A DNA stretch of 64,000 bases from NCBI GenBank assembly GCA_002706065.1, contig PAJM01000017.1:77044-141043 (forward strand), given 5' to 3'. Source of the stretch: Methanobacteriota archaeon (lineage in GTDB: Archaea; Thermoplasmatota; Poseidoniia; Poseidoniales; Poseidoniaceae). Within the stretch, counting starts at the first letter, position 1. Each line of letters opens with the position of its first letter. Below the pieces are notes generated by a model, which was not told where the DNA came from, did no database searches, and saw nothing but the letters and a program-made list of their open reading frames with translations. This document shows, in pieces, positions 27,632 to 35,583 of the stretch. The translations under genes and the position numbers were made by a program.

Positions 27632-28677
27632 GACCAAAGGCCCCTGGATTGTACATCTCAAAGTGGAGGGAGGACGGACCGGTTCCTCTTGAAGAAGCTC
27701 AACAATGGAGAGAGGAATTCGGCTGGAGCGATTGGATGGCCATTATCGAGGCAGCGTTGTACCTCGACGCAGCCGAACTCGTCGAACTTCTACGACCTGA
27801 ACTTACAGCAGCGCAACAAGCAACGTTTGATTTGGTTCGACGACGGATGCTTGGTGATCACCGTCTCGAAGATGCGATTGACAAAGCCTTGGACGTCTGT
27901 CGAGCACCTGAAACACGGGACCTAGCGTTGGAAGGAAGACTTCGGATGGAAAGAGGTCTTCAACGATTTGAAAAAGGCGATTCCGCTGGAGCGGAAGAAG
28001 ATTTAACTTGGGCAGAAACGCGATTAAAATCTGTTGCAAAGGCGAGTCGAGATCATGACCTTTCACTTTTGAACAAGGCTGCTTATCATATGGCTGTCGG
28101 TGAGGATTTAATGTCTCTCCAAGTCTATGGTGACATCTCTCGTCACGACAATCATGCACACGAAACAATTGCCATATCACGAATTGGTGCATCACGAATT
28201 CACGCACGTTATGGACGGATGTTCGATGCTGCGCGAAATGCATGGAACGGACACGCTCATGCGATTCTTGCAAACCAAGTGACAATGGCCATTGAAGCTG
28301 GAAGTCTATTCCTGGATCTATCGATTGGAGAACAGGATGAATCCGCCATACGATTTCAGAAACAAGTTGACGATTCGAAACCACGAGATGCTGGTGAAAG
28401 AGCACCTGAATTAAACATACATCCTGACGATGTATCCGGTGTCTTTGAATGGTGCATGAATCATCTGCACAATGAACCCACAGGACAAGACCGTCCTGAC
28501 TTACGAGCAATGGTCATGATGGCCCATCGCTTGGACCGAATTAACGAATTCGATTGGCTTCTCGAGAAGCCAGAGCTCGTTGAGGATTCGATGCTGGTGG
28601 CTGTCGTTCTTGGATGCTCTCTTACTGATCAGCAGAATGTAGCATGGACAGAACGAATGCAATCACTCATGCCTTAA
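27628..28677 (+). CDS. Hypothetical alpha-helical (TPR-like) protein
   Basis: 349-aa ORF translationally coupled (ATGA) to the DHH gene. Helical-repeat-like composition with no motif I recognise. Confidence 0.6.
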   Translation: MRPKAPGLYISKWREDGPVPLEEAQQWREEFGWSDWMAIIEAALYLDAAELVELLRPELTAAQQATFDLVRRRMLGDHRLEDAIDKALDVCRAPETRDLALEGRLRMERGLQRFEKGDSAGAEEDLTWAETRLKSVAKASRDHDLSLLNKAAYHMAVGEDLMSLQVYGDISRHDNHAHETIAISRIGASRIHARYGRMFDAARNAWNGHAHAILANQVTMAIEAGSLFLDLSIGEQDESAIRFQKQVDDSKPRDAGERAPELNIHPDDVSGVFEWCMNHLHNEPTGQDRPDLRAMVMMAHRLDRINEFDWLLEKPELVEDSMLVAVVLGCSLTDQQNVAWTERMQSLMP

Positions 28678-29079
28678 CTCTATAGAGTCGGTCCAGGCGC
28701 TCAAGTCAATTACTTCCTGAACATCCCAGTGGGTAAATATCGGCAGCTCTGAAAACCATTTCACGATTGACACGTGTTGGTCACTCACTTGCCATGAGTG
28801 AGCCGAAAAAGGTGGCTTCTTATCGTCAACACAGACCAGTGCAACCCAACCATTCGGATAGTACGTCTTGTTCCATGCAAGTATTTCTCCAGTACCTCCG
28901 ACTTCTTCACCAAGTTCCCGAACGAGCGCTTGTTCCGGGTTTTCATCAACTTCGACATGACCTCCAGGGAATTCCCATCCTCGCTCTGGGTGCTGCACCA
29001 TCAAAATCGAACCCGAACTGAGTACTGATTGGGGATTGCTCTTTCGGACGACATATGCTAAAACAAACGTCGGATTCAA
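28663..29079 (-). CDS. NUDIX hydrolase
   Basis: Nudix box 'GGHVEVDENPEQALVRELGEEVG'. 138 aa. Confidence 0.85.
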   Translation of the reverse strand: MNPTFVLAYVVRKSNPQSVLSSGSILMVQHPERGWEFPGGHVEVDENPEQALVRELGEEVGGTGEILAWNKTYYPNGWVALVCVDDKKPPFSAHSWQVSDQHVSIVKWFSELPIFTHWDVQEVIDLSAWTDSIELRHE

Positions 29080-29087
29080 TCAATCAC

Positions 29088-30122
29088 CTACATTTGTGAC
29101 CTACACTGATCGAGATACGTCTGTGCCCAAGTTTCACCCGAAGCGACCAATCGACGGGCCAAGAAGAAAGCTTCCGATATGTTTCCAGAATCAATCAGCG
29201 TCAACAACTTCTGTTCATCACGGTCGGGTTGGTTTGATTGCTCTTCTACATGTTCAACCGATTCAGGCTCAGAGGATTCTTGTCGAACCCGTTTGTTGAG
29301 AAGTTCCATTTGTTGGAGGAAGGCAGTTCTGTGTTCAAGCTTCGGACCACTCCATGGCGTGCGTGCATCTCCGTCCATACGTTCAGTGAGGCGGTTGAGG
29401 AATTCATCTCGCGCAGTCATGTGCGGCATGAGTGTTTGAACGTGGTCGTAACATGACCATGCTGAATCGATTTCTTCCCTCCGCTCATGCAACCGTCCCA
29501 ATTGCATCCAAAGTTCATGATTGATTGGACGATGGGCGAGAAGGTGTCGACTCAATTCAATGAATAAGTCTTCAAATCCTTGCGAGCGCAATAGTTCAAT
29601 TCGGCGTCCATATACGATGTTTGCACGCTGATCTCTGAAGTCTAAATCTCGGCAACGCTCGGCAAATTCGGCAATTTCCAACAACACAGCATCACTTTGC
29701 TCGTCACCGCCTCCACGATGAACAAGTGCCTCCCACCATGCGTCCGGTGTAAGCGGGTCGCGAGCAAACGCAGCTTCCAATAATTCCACACCGAATTCGA
29801 GGTAATCCAGATCTTTCAATTTCTCGAATTGTTCAGTATCTCGCCCGAGGACGGTAAACACATCCTCGAGAACAATTCCAAGACCTGCATTATCTCTGAC
29901 ACCGACCTTGATGTCAGCAAGGCAGCGCCAATTTCGTTCGTCAGTGAAATCATGGAGCAATGCTTGACGGGCATTTTGTTCTGCCCATTCCATGTTTGAT
30001 TGTTTTCGTTCTGGGTCGGCTTTTGCAAGTCGAACAAATTTCTGAGCCTGCGTACGGTATCGGTTCCCGAGATTGCGTCGTGGATGCTGCAAATCATCAT
30101 GGGCAGATTGACGCATGACCAT
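29088..30122 (-). CDS. Hypothetical alpha-helical protein
   Basis: 344-aa ORF wedged between the UbiD-family gene (2-nt gap) and the Nudix gene (8-nt gap). No recognisable motif. Confidence 0.6.
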   Translation of the reverse strand: MVMRQSAHDDLQHPRRNLGNRYRTQAQKFVRLAKADPERKQSNMEWAEQNARQALLHDFTDERNWRCLADIKVGVRDNAGLGIVLEDVFTVLGRDTEQFEKLKDLDYLEFGVELLEAAFARDPLTPDAWWEALVHRGGGDEQSDAVLLEIAEFAERCRDLDFRDQRANIVYGRRIELLRSQGFEDLFIELSRHLLAHRPINHELWMQLGRLHERREEIDSAWSCYDHVQTLMPHMTARDEFLNRLTERMDGDARTPWSGPKLEHRTAFLQQMELLNKRVRQESSEPESVEHVEEQSNQPDRDEQKLLTLIDSGNISEAFFLARRLVASGETWAQTYLDQCRSQM

Positions 30123-30124
30123 CC

Positions 30125-31396
30125 CTACTGGACGCTCATGTAACCTTCTGGGTTATCTGAATGATGGATGGTTGCATCAAAACCAACTTTCGATGTTAAA
30201 CCATCATGATATCGGGAAGGATCGAGGCTAGAGCCCTTTTGATTTGAGAAGATATGTGTGTCTCGATCGGGCTGCCATCGAGTGACCATGGCCCATTCAA
30301 CACGAACAGGGTTGCTGATATCGATGTCCTCATCAACGATTGTGACCATCTTCATCGAACGATGTCCAGCCAATGCTGCTTCAATGGCTTTCCTTCCATC
30401 CTCTTCGGATGTTTTTCGTATTTTGACAATGGCTGCAAGCCAACCACAACCACCTTCAGTCATGTGGACGTCAATGCAATCAACGACTTGAGAGACGGCT
30501 TCTTTGATCGTTGGTGAGCGTGGTAGACCCATCAACGTCTTGTGTTCAGCCTCGCCGGGGATGAGTGCATGAAAGATCGGATGATCTCGATGCAATACAC
30601 CATCGACTTCGATGACGGGCTCTTGACGTACATCGTCTACCGTTCCTGTAATGTCGACATATGGGCCTTCGTCGTCGTCTTCAACTGTGATTCGTCCCCA
30701 CATCGCATATTCTGCATCTGCAGGAACCTCGATGCCATTTGGCAATTCGACCAATTGGAGTGGTTTGTTGTATAATTTTTCGTGCAGTGCAGCAGCGATG
30801 GTCAATTCATCAATTGGTTCATCAAACGACATCGCTCCAGCGAGCAGAACAACAGGATCAGGGGCATTCACGATCGCTATGTTGACTTCATCACCTTGTT
30901 CTCTCGCTTCATTGACCATCGTCCGAAGGTGGCGTGGTACCAATCGTACCACGAGATGATTCTTGTCTCTGAGGAATTGACGATGAAAACTCATGTTCCG
31001 ACGTCCATTGACCTCTGCAATAATGACACTTGCCGACATGTATCGTCCTCGGTCTTGCGGCCAATGATGCGGGATTGGGAGTAAGTTCAAATCGACTTCA
31101 TCTTGCATGTTCTCGTAAACAGGAGCATCTGCTGGAGAGACAACTTCCGGCGTTGATGGGTTCTTCATGGCCCATGCTAATGTATCGATGTAGACTTCTG
31201 GTTGAATTCCTATTGCCTCACAGAGACGATCCCGAGTTAGCATGTTGACAGATATTCGTTGCCCTGATGCTTCTTTGATGTTCTCAAAAAGGAGATTGGG
31301 GTTGGATTGAGACGTGCTGTGTTGCCAAACACCGTGATGCAAGCTGACCTCTTCGTCAACGCGTTTTGCGTGCGTTAGATGGTCACGAAAAGCCAA
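30125..31396 (-). CDS. UbiD-family (prFMN-dependent) decarboxylase, short archaeal form; candidate anhydromevalonate-phosphate decarboxylase
   Basis: UbiD-family blocks 'RISVNMLTRDRLCEAIG', 'NMSFHRQFL', 'VVRLVPRHL', 'EGPYVDITG', 'GGCGWLAAIVKIRK', 'VTIVDEDIDISNP'. 423 aa. Confidence 0.85.
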   Translation of the reverse strand: MAFRDHLTHAKRVDEEVSLHHGVWQHSTSQSNPNLLFENIKEASGQRISVNMLTRDRLCEAIGIQPEVYIDTLAWAMKNPSTPEVVSPADAPVYENMQDEVDLNLLPIPHHWPQDRGRYMSASVIIAEVNGRRNMSFHRQFLRDKNHLVVRLVPRHLRTMVNEAREQGDEVNIAIVNAPDPVVLLAGAMSFDEPIDELTIAAALHEKLYNKPLQLVELPNGIEVPADAEYAMWGRITVEDDDEGPYVDITGTVDDVRQEPVIEVDGVLHRDHPIFHALIPGEAEHKTLMGLPRSPTIKEAVSQVVDCIDVHMTEGGCGWLAAIVKIRKTSEEDGRKAIEAALAGHRSMKMVTIVDEDIDISNPVRVEWAMVTRWQPDRDTHIFSNQKGSSLDPSRYHDGLTSKVGFDATIHHSDNPEGYMSVQ

Positions 31397-31408
31397 TGTA
31401 TCACGTCC

Positions 31409-31639
31409 TCAGAATTTTGTCTGAGTATCTTCGACGTAATTTGCACGCGCTTCTTCCGTCATATCGGAGTCGCCCGACATGATGTTCATCCCCGACAGCA
31501 AACCAATCAGTCCGATAGCGTGGGATGTCAAGAGATCGACGTCAGATTCGAGAAGTCCAATCCAATGATTTACAATGACCAGTAGGCCTGTTGCAATGGT
31601 CAAAAGTCCAGCGATGGGACGCAAACCCTGTGGAATCAT
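31409..31639 (-). CDS. Small two-TM membrane protein (hypothetical)
   Basis: 76-aa ORF with two hydrophobic helices, 12 nt upstream of the UbiD-family gene on the same strand. Confidence 0.4.
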   Translation of the reverse strand: MIPQGLRPIAGLLTIATGLLVIVNHWIGLLESDVDLLTSHAIGLIGLLSGMNIMSGDSDMTEEARANYVEDTQTKF

Positions 31640-31718
31640 GATGCAACTAACAACACCTTGTTTATGATATTATTCTTCATTGTAGACGGATGTTTTATCA
31701 CTTCGTTGAAACGGCGAC

Positions 31719-31731
31719 TTGATATATGAAA
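31719..31731 (+). promoter_or_regulatory. TATA-like box upstream of the rps12-rps7-fusA operon
   Basis: 'TTGATATATGAAA' lies ~40 nt upstream of ATG 31767 and is followed by the SD-like GAGGT (31756-31760). Assignment is by position and composition only. Confidence 0.35.
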
Positions 31732-31766
31732 GCAAAGTCGCAAAAACGCTCGAATGAGGTTTGAAC

Positions 31767-32195
31767 ATGGGTAGGGGACTCTTTGCAGGTGCTAAAATGG
31801 CCAAGGACCGACAGAAGTTTCGATGGTCTGACCGACGTTACAAGAAGCGTATGCTCAAATCTCGTGCCAAGCACGACCCGCTTGCAGGATCGACTCAGGC
31901 CAAGGGCATCGTTGTCGAAAAGGTCGGCATTGAAGCCAAGCAACCGAACTCCGGTATCCGCAAGGCTGTCAAAATTTCTCTCATCAAAAACGGAAACAAA
32001 CTAACGGCTTTTGCGCCTGGTGATGGTGCAATCAACTTCATCGATGAACACGATGAAGTGATGGTCGAAGGTATCGGTGGACGCATGGGTCGTTCGTACG
32101 GAGATATTCCCGGAGTTAGATACAAAGTCATTCAAGTCAACGGCGTTTCACTCGATGAAATGGTTCGTGGACGTAAGGAGAAGCCAGTCCGCTGA
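31767..32195 (+). CDS. rps12: 30S ribosomal protein S12
   Basis: '[29 protein letters not shown]' and '[24 protein letters not shown]'. ATG 31767 is preceded by the SD-like GAGGT at 31756-31760. Confidence 0.95.
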   Translation: MGRGLFAGAKMAKDRQKFRWSDRRYKKRMLKSRAKHDPLAGSTQAKGIVVEKVGIEAKQPNSGIRKAVKISLIKNGNKLTAFAPGDGAINFIDEHDEVMVEGIGGRMGRSYGDIPGVRYKVIQVNGVSLDEMVRGRKEKPVR

Positions 32196-32202
32196 GGTGT
32201 TG

Positions 32203-32811
32203 ATGATGACAGAAGAAGCAGTAGTCGACGAACGCCCAATCGCTGGTATTGGCACGCTTGTTTTCGGAAAGTGGGACGCAGCAGAAGTTGTTTGCAACGA
32301 TCCTGGTCTTGCGCCGTATGTGAATCTCACAACCGTTGGTGTACCTCACACCGGTGGCCGACACGCCAACATGTGGTTTGGTAAGTCCAAGCTCAGTGTT
32401 GTTGAGCGCTACATCAACAAACTCATGCGAACTGGTGCATACACCGGTAAGAAACAATCCGCAATGAAGGCCTTCGAAAATGCTCTCGACGTTCTCGCTG
32501 AGCGTCGAAAGATGAACCCACTCCAGATCTTTGTCGATGCAATCTGCAATGCTGCTCCAATGGAAGAGATTACTCGTATCAAATTCGGGGCAGTTTCGCA
32601 ACCGAAAGCCGTCGATTCTTCACCATCTCGTCGACTTGACGTCGCATTGAAGAATCTCGCAAAGGGTGCACAACAAGGAACGCACAAGTCCAAGCGCACC
32701 CTTCAGCAATGCATCATCAATGAGCTCAACAAGGCATCAGAAGGAGATGCAACATCGTATGCAGTCTCAAAGAGAGAAGAAGTTGAGCGAATCGCTGCAT
32801 CCGCACGATGA
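32203..32811 (+). CDS. rps7: 30S ribosomal protein S7
   Basis: Conserved S7 core ('RKMNPLQIFVDAICNAAPMEEITRIKFGA'). The listed ORF start (32077) overlaps rps12, so I chose the ATG pair at 32203/32206 just after the rps12 stop. Confidence 0.93.
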   Translation: MMTEEAVVDERPIAGIGTLVFGKWDAAEVVCNDPGLAPYVNLTTVGVPHTGGRHANMWFGKSKLSVVERYINKLMRTGAYTGKKQSAMKAFENALDVLAERRKMNPLQIFVDAICNAAPMEEITRIKFGAVSQPKAVDSSPSRRLDVALKNLAKGAQQGTHKSKRTLQQCIINELNKASEGDATSYAVSKREEVERIAASAR

Positions 32812-32902
32812 AACCGCACACGTCGTCGAATTTCGTCGAACTTTTGCGACTCACTTAAGAACCCCATTCAAGTGGGCGAAATGAACCAGACAGGTGGATA
32901 CC

Positions 32903-35110
32903 ATGGGACGAAAAGAAGACAACATCAAAAAGGCAACAGAAGTTATGCACGTTCTTCCACAGATTCGAAATCTGTGCATTGCTGCACACATTGATCACGG
33001 AAAAACCACCCTCTCTGACAATCTTATTGCTGGCGCTGGGATGATGTCGAGTGATTTGGCTGGTGCTGCACGTGTTCTCGACTTCGATGAGCAAGAGTCC
33101 GCTCGAGGTATTACCATCAACGCAGCATCTGCTTCGATGGTTCACGCAGTCGACGAAACCGACTACCTGATCAATCTCATCGACACACCTGGTCACGTTG
33201 ACTTCGGCGGTGACGTTACACGTGCCATGCGAGCCGTCGACGGTTGTTTCATTCTTGCTTGTGCTGTCGAAGGACCAATGCCACAGACAGAAACTGTTGT
33301 TCGCCAAGCATTGAAAGAAAAGGTGAAGCCAGTTCTCTTCATCAACAAGGTTGACCGATTGATCAACGAATTGCAAGTCACACCAGAAGACATGCTCAAG
33401 CGATTCGAAGAAACAATCACAAAGGTAAATCGTTTGATTAAGCAATTCGCTCCTGAAGAATTCAAGAAAGCATGGCAAGTCAGTGTCCTCGACGGAACTG
33501 TTGCTTTTGGTAGTGCATACCACAACTGGGGTATCACAATTCCGTACATGAAAAAATCCGGAGTCAGTATGACCGATATCTTCCAGTATTGTAACGACGA
33601 GAAGCAAAAGGAACTTGCACAAGCCGCTCCAGTTCACGAAGTTCTACTCGACATGGCTGTAACAAAGTTGCCAAGCCCTGTCGAAGCACAACCCTATCGT
33701 ATCCCGAACATTTGGACAGGAGACCTCGATTCTACAATTGGTAAAGCTATGATGGAGTGCGACCCAGAAGCAGAACTGGCAATGATGATCACTAAGATCT
33801 GGATGGATCCTCACGCAGGTGAAGTCGCTGTAGGCCGAATTTATTCTGGTGCAATATCACAAGGAGAATCTGTCTTTGCCATTGGAGCTGCCAAAGCTGA
33901 ACGTGTTCAACAAGTCAGCATGATGGTTGGTGGTGACCGAATTACTGTTCCAAAGGTCGTGGCTGGTAACATCGCCGCAATTACAGGTATTCGCAGTGCG
34001 GCTGCTGGTGTCACACTCTCTCGGGACAAGGACTTCACACCGTTCGAAGCCATTCGTCACTATTCTGATCCGGTTGTTACCGTTGCTGTTGAACCAAAGA
34101 GCATGAAAGACCTGCCAAAGTTCATTGATGCACTTCGTTCACTTGCCAAGTCAGATGCATCGTTGCAAGTTACTACGAACCAGGAGACTGGTGAAGCGTT
34201 GTTGGCTGGAATGGGTGAACTTCACCTCGAAATCACAGTCTACCGAATTGAAGAAGAACAGAACATCAAGGTGAGTGTTAGCCCACCAATCGTTGTCTAT
34301 CGAGAAGGAGTCCAAGGCAGCAACCGTGGACACGCATTCGAAGGAAAATCTCCGAACCGTCACAACCGGTTCTTCTTCGAGATTGAATCACTTTCAAATG
34401 AAGTCGTTGAAGCTCTACGCAACGGAGACCTCGGCGATGGACCTGTTCGAAACAGTGATGCGAAGGAAACCGGAAACAAATTCGGGGAACTTGGCATGGA
34501 CAAAGATTTGATGCGTAAAATCTACGCTATCAATGGAACCAACGTTTTGGTCAACGACACCAAGGGTATCCAAGGACTGCACGAAACTCGTGAATTGATC
34601 ATTGAAGCATTTAATGAAGTATGTAAGAAAGGTCCAATCGCAGATGAACCAGTTCAAGGAATGTTCGTTCGATTGACTGATGCAAAACTCCACGAAGACG
34701 CCATTCACCGTGGACCTGCACAAACAATCCCTGCCGTCCGCAATGGAATCAAGGGTGCAATGATGCGAGCCAAGACCGTCCTGCTGGAACCCATGCAGAA
34801 GGCGTTCGTTTCCGTACCAAACGACTGGCTTGGACAAGTTACTCGTGAAGTCACGAATCGACGTGGTATCATCGAAGATATGCCAAGCGAAGGCGACGTA
34901 ACAACCGTTGTTGGCGTTTTGCCAATTGCTGAAACCTTTGGATTCTCCAACGATATTCGTGCAGCATCGCAAGGTCGTGCAGTATGGAACACTGAAAACC
35001 TCGGATTTGAGATGCTTCCACCGCAACTCTTTGACAAGGTTGTTGGCGAAATTCGAACTCGTAAGGGATTGAAGCCAGAACCAAACCCAGAATCCTATTA
35101 TTCCGATTGA
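32903..35110 (+). CDS. fusA: Elongation factor 2 (aEF-2)
   Basis: G-domain 'AHIDHGKTTLSD', 'DTPGHVDF', 'NKVDR', and the diphthamide loop 'LHEDAIHRGPAQ'. ~735 aa. Confidence 0.97.
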   Translation: MGRKEDNIKKATEVMHVLPQIRNLCIAAHIDHGKTTLSDNLIAGAGMMSSDLAGAARVLDFDEQESARGITINAASASMVHAVDETDYLINLIDTPGHVDFGGDVTRAMRAVDGCFILACAVEGPMPQTETVVRQALKEKVKPVLFINKVDRLINELQVTPEDMLKRFEETITKVNRLIKQFAPEEFKKAWQVSVLDGTVAFGSAYHNWGITIPYMKKSGVSMTDIFQYCNDEKQKELAQAAPVHEVLLDMAVTKLPSPVEAQPYRIPNIWTGDLDSTIGKAMMECDPEAELAMMITKIWMDPHAGEVAVGRIYSGAISQGESVFAIGAAKAERVQQVSMMVGGDRITVPKVVAGNIAAITGIRSAAAGVTLSRDKDFTPFEAIRHYSDPVVTVAVEPKSMKDLPKFIDALRSLAKSDASLQVTTNQETGEALLAGMGELHLEITVYRIEEEQNIKVSVSPPIVVYREGVQGSNRGHAFEGKSPNRHNRFFFEIESLSNEVVEALRNGDLGDGPVRNSDAKETGNKFGELGMDKDLMRKIYAINGTNVLVNDTKGIQGLHETRELIIEAFNEVCKKGPIADEPVQGMFVRLTDAKLHEDAIHRGPAQTIPAVRNGIKGAMMRAKTVLLEPMQKAFVSVPNDWLGQVTREVTNRRGIIEDMPSEGDVTTVVGVLPIAETFGFSNDIRAASQGRAVWNTENLGFEMLPPQLFDKVVGEIRTRKGLKPEPNPESYYSD

Positions 35111-35583
35111 GCATGAGTTCAGGAATAATCTCAGGTCTGTTTGCAACGACTGTTGGCGGCGTACCCAAACCGCAAGTTCCGTCCATTGAAGTTGAATTTC
35201 AAGGGATCAAAGATGAAATTATTCGCGACAAAAAGCATCATGGCGGCCCACAAAGAGCCGTGTGTATTGTCGCTGAGGAAATCATCCATGAATTGCAAGA
35301 CTTAGGACACCCCATTGCTGGTGGTACAACAGGAGAGAATATCCTTCTCAATATAGCCTATGAATCGTTAGAGCCTGGTGTTCAACTTGATTTTGACGAG
35401 GTCAAACTGGAAATTACGACGGCTGCAGTTCCTTGCAAAACAATTTCTGGTTCTTTTTTGAATGGCGAGTTTATGCTGCTATCCAACAAGAAAAGCCCTG
35501 GTAAAACCCGCTGGTATGCTCGAGTTCTTCAAGAAGGAACAATCCATGATGGCGAGAAGGTTCTCATCAGCACAAACGTTTGA
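35107..35583 (+). CDS. MOSC domain-containing protein
   Basis: 'KKHHGGPQRAVCIVAEE', 'GENILL', 'CKTISG'. The start overlaps the aEF-2 stop. Confidence 0.8.
   Translation: MSMSSGIISGLFATTVGGVPKPQVPSIEVEFQGIKDEIIRDKKHHGGPQRAVCIVAEEIIHELQDLGHPIAGGTTGENILLNIAYESLEPGVQLDFDEVKLEITTAAVPCKTISGSFLNGEFMLLSNKKSPGKTRWYARVLQEGTIHDGEKVLISTNV

Noticed and set aside
27803-28510. 235-aa minus-strand ORF inside the 27628..28677 gene
   Set aside because: The plus-strand ORF is translationally coupled (ATGA) to the upstream DHH gene and spans the whole interval. The antisense translation is His/Gln/Arg-rich with no recognisable features, so it is a shadow ORF.
32077-32202. Upstream extension of the S7 ORF into rps12 (listed start 32077); similarly the thiolase ORF extension 39584..39670 and the 37635..37748 extension of the small membrane ORF into ipk
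   Set aside because: The extensions overlap well-supported neighbouring genes and add non-conserved N-termini. Internal ATGs just past the neighbour's stop (or matching the family's N-terminus) give canonical protein starts.
32855-35146. Two long antisense ORFs (32855..33637, 260 aa; 34415..35146, 243 aa) opposite the aEF-2 gene
   Set aside because: They lie entirely within the strongly conserved fusA coding sequence. Their translations are low-complexity and Cys/Ser/Val-rich with no motifs. They are typical shadow ORFs caused by codon bias on the sense strand.
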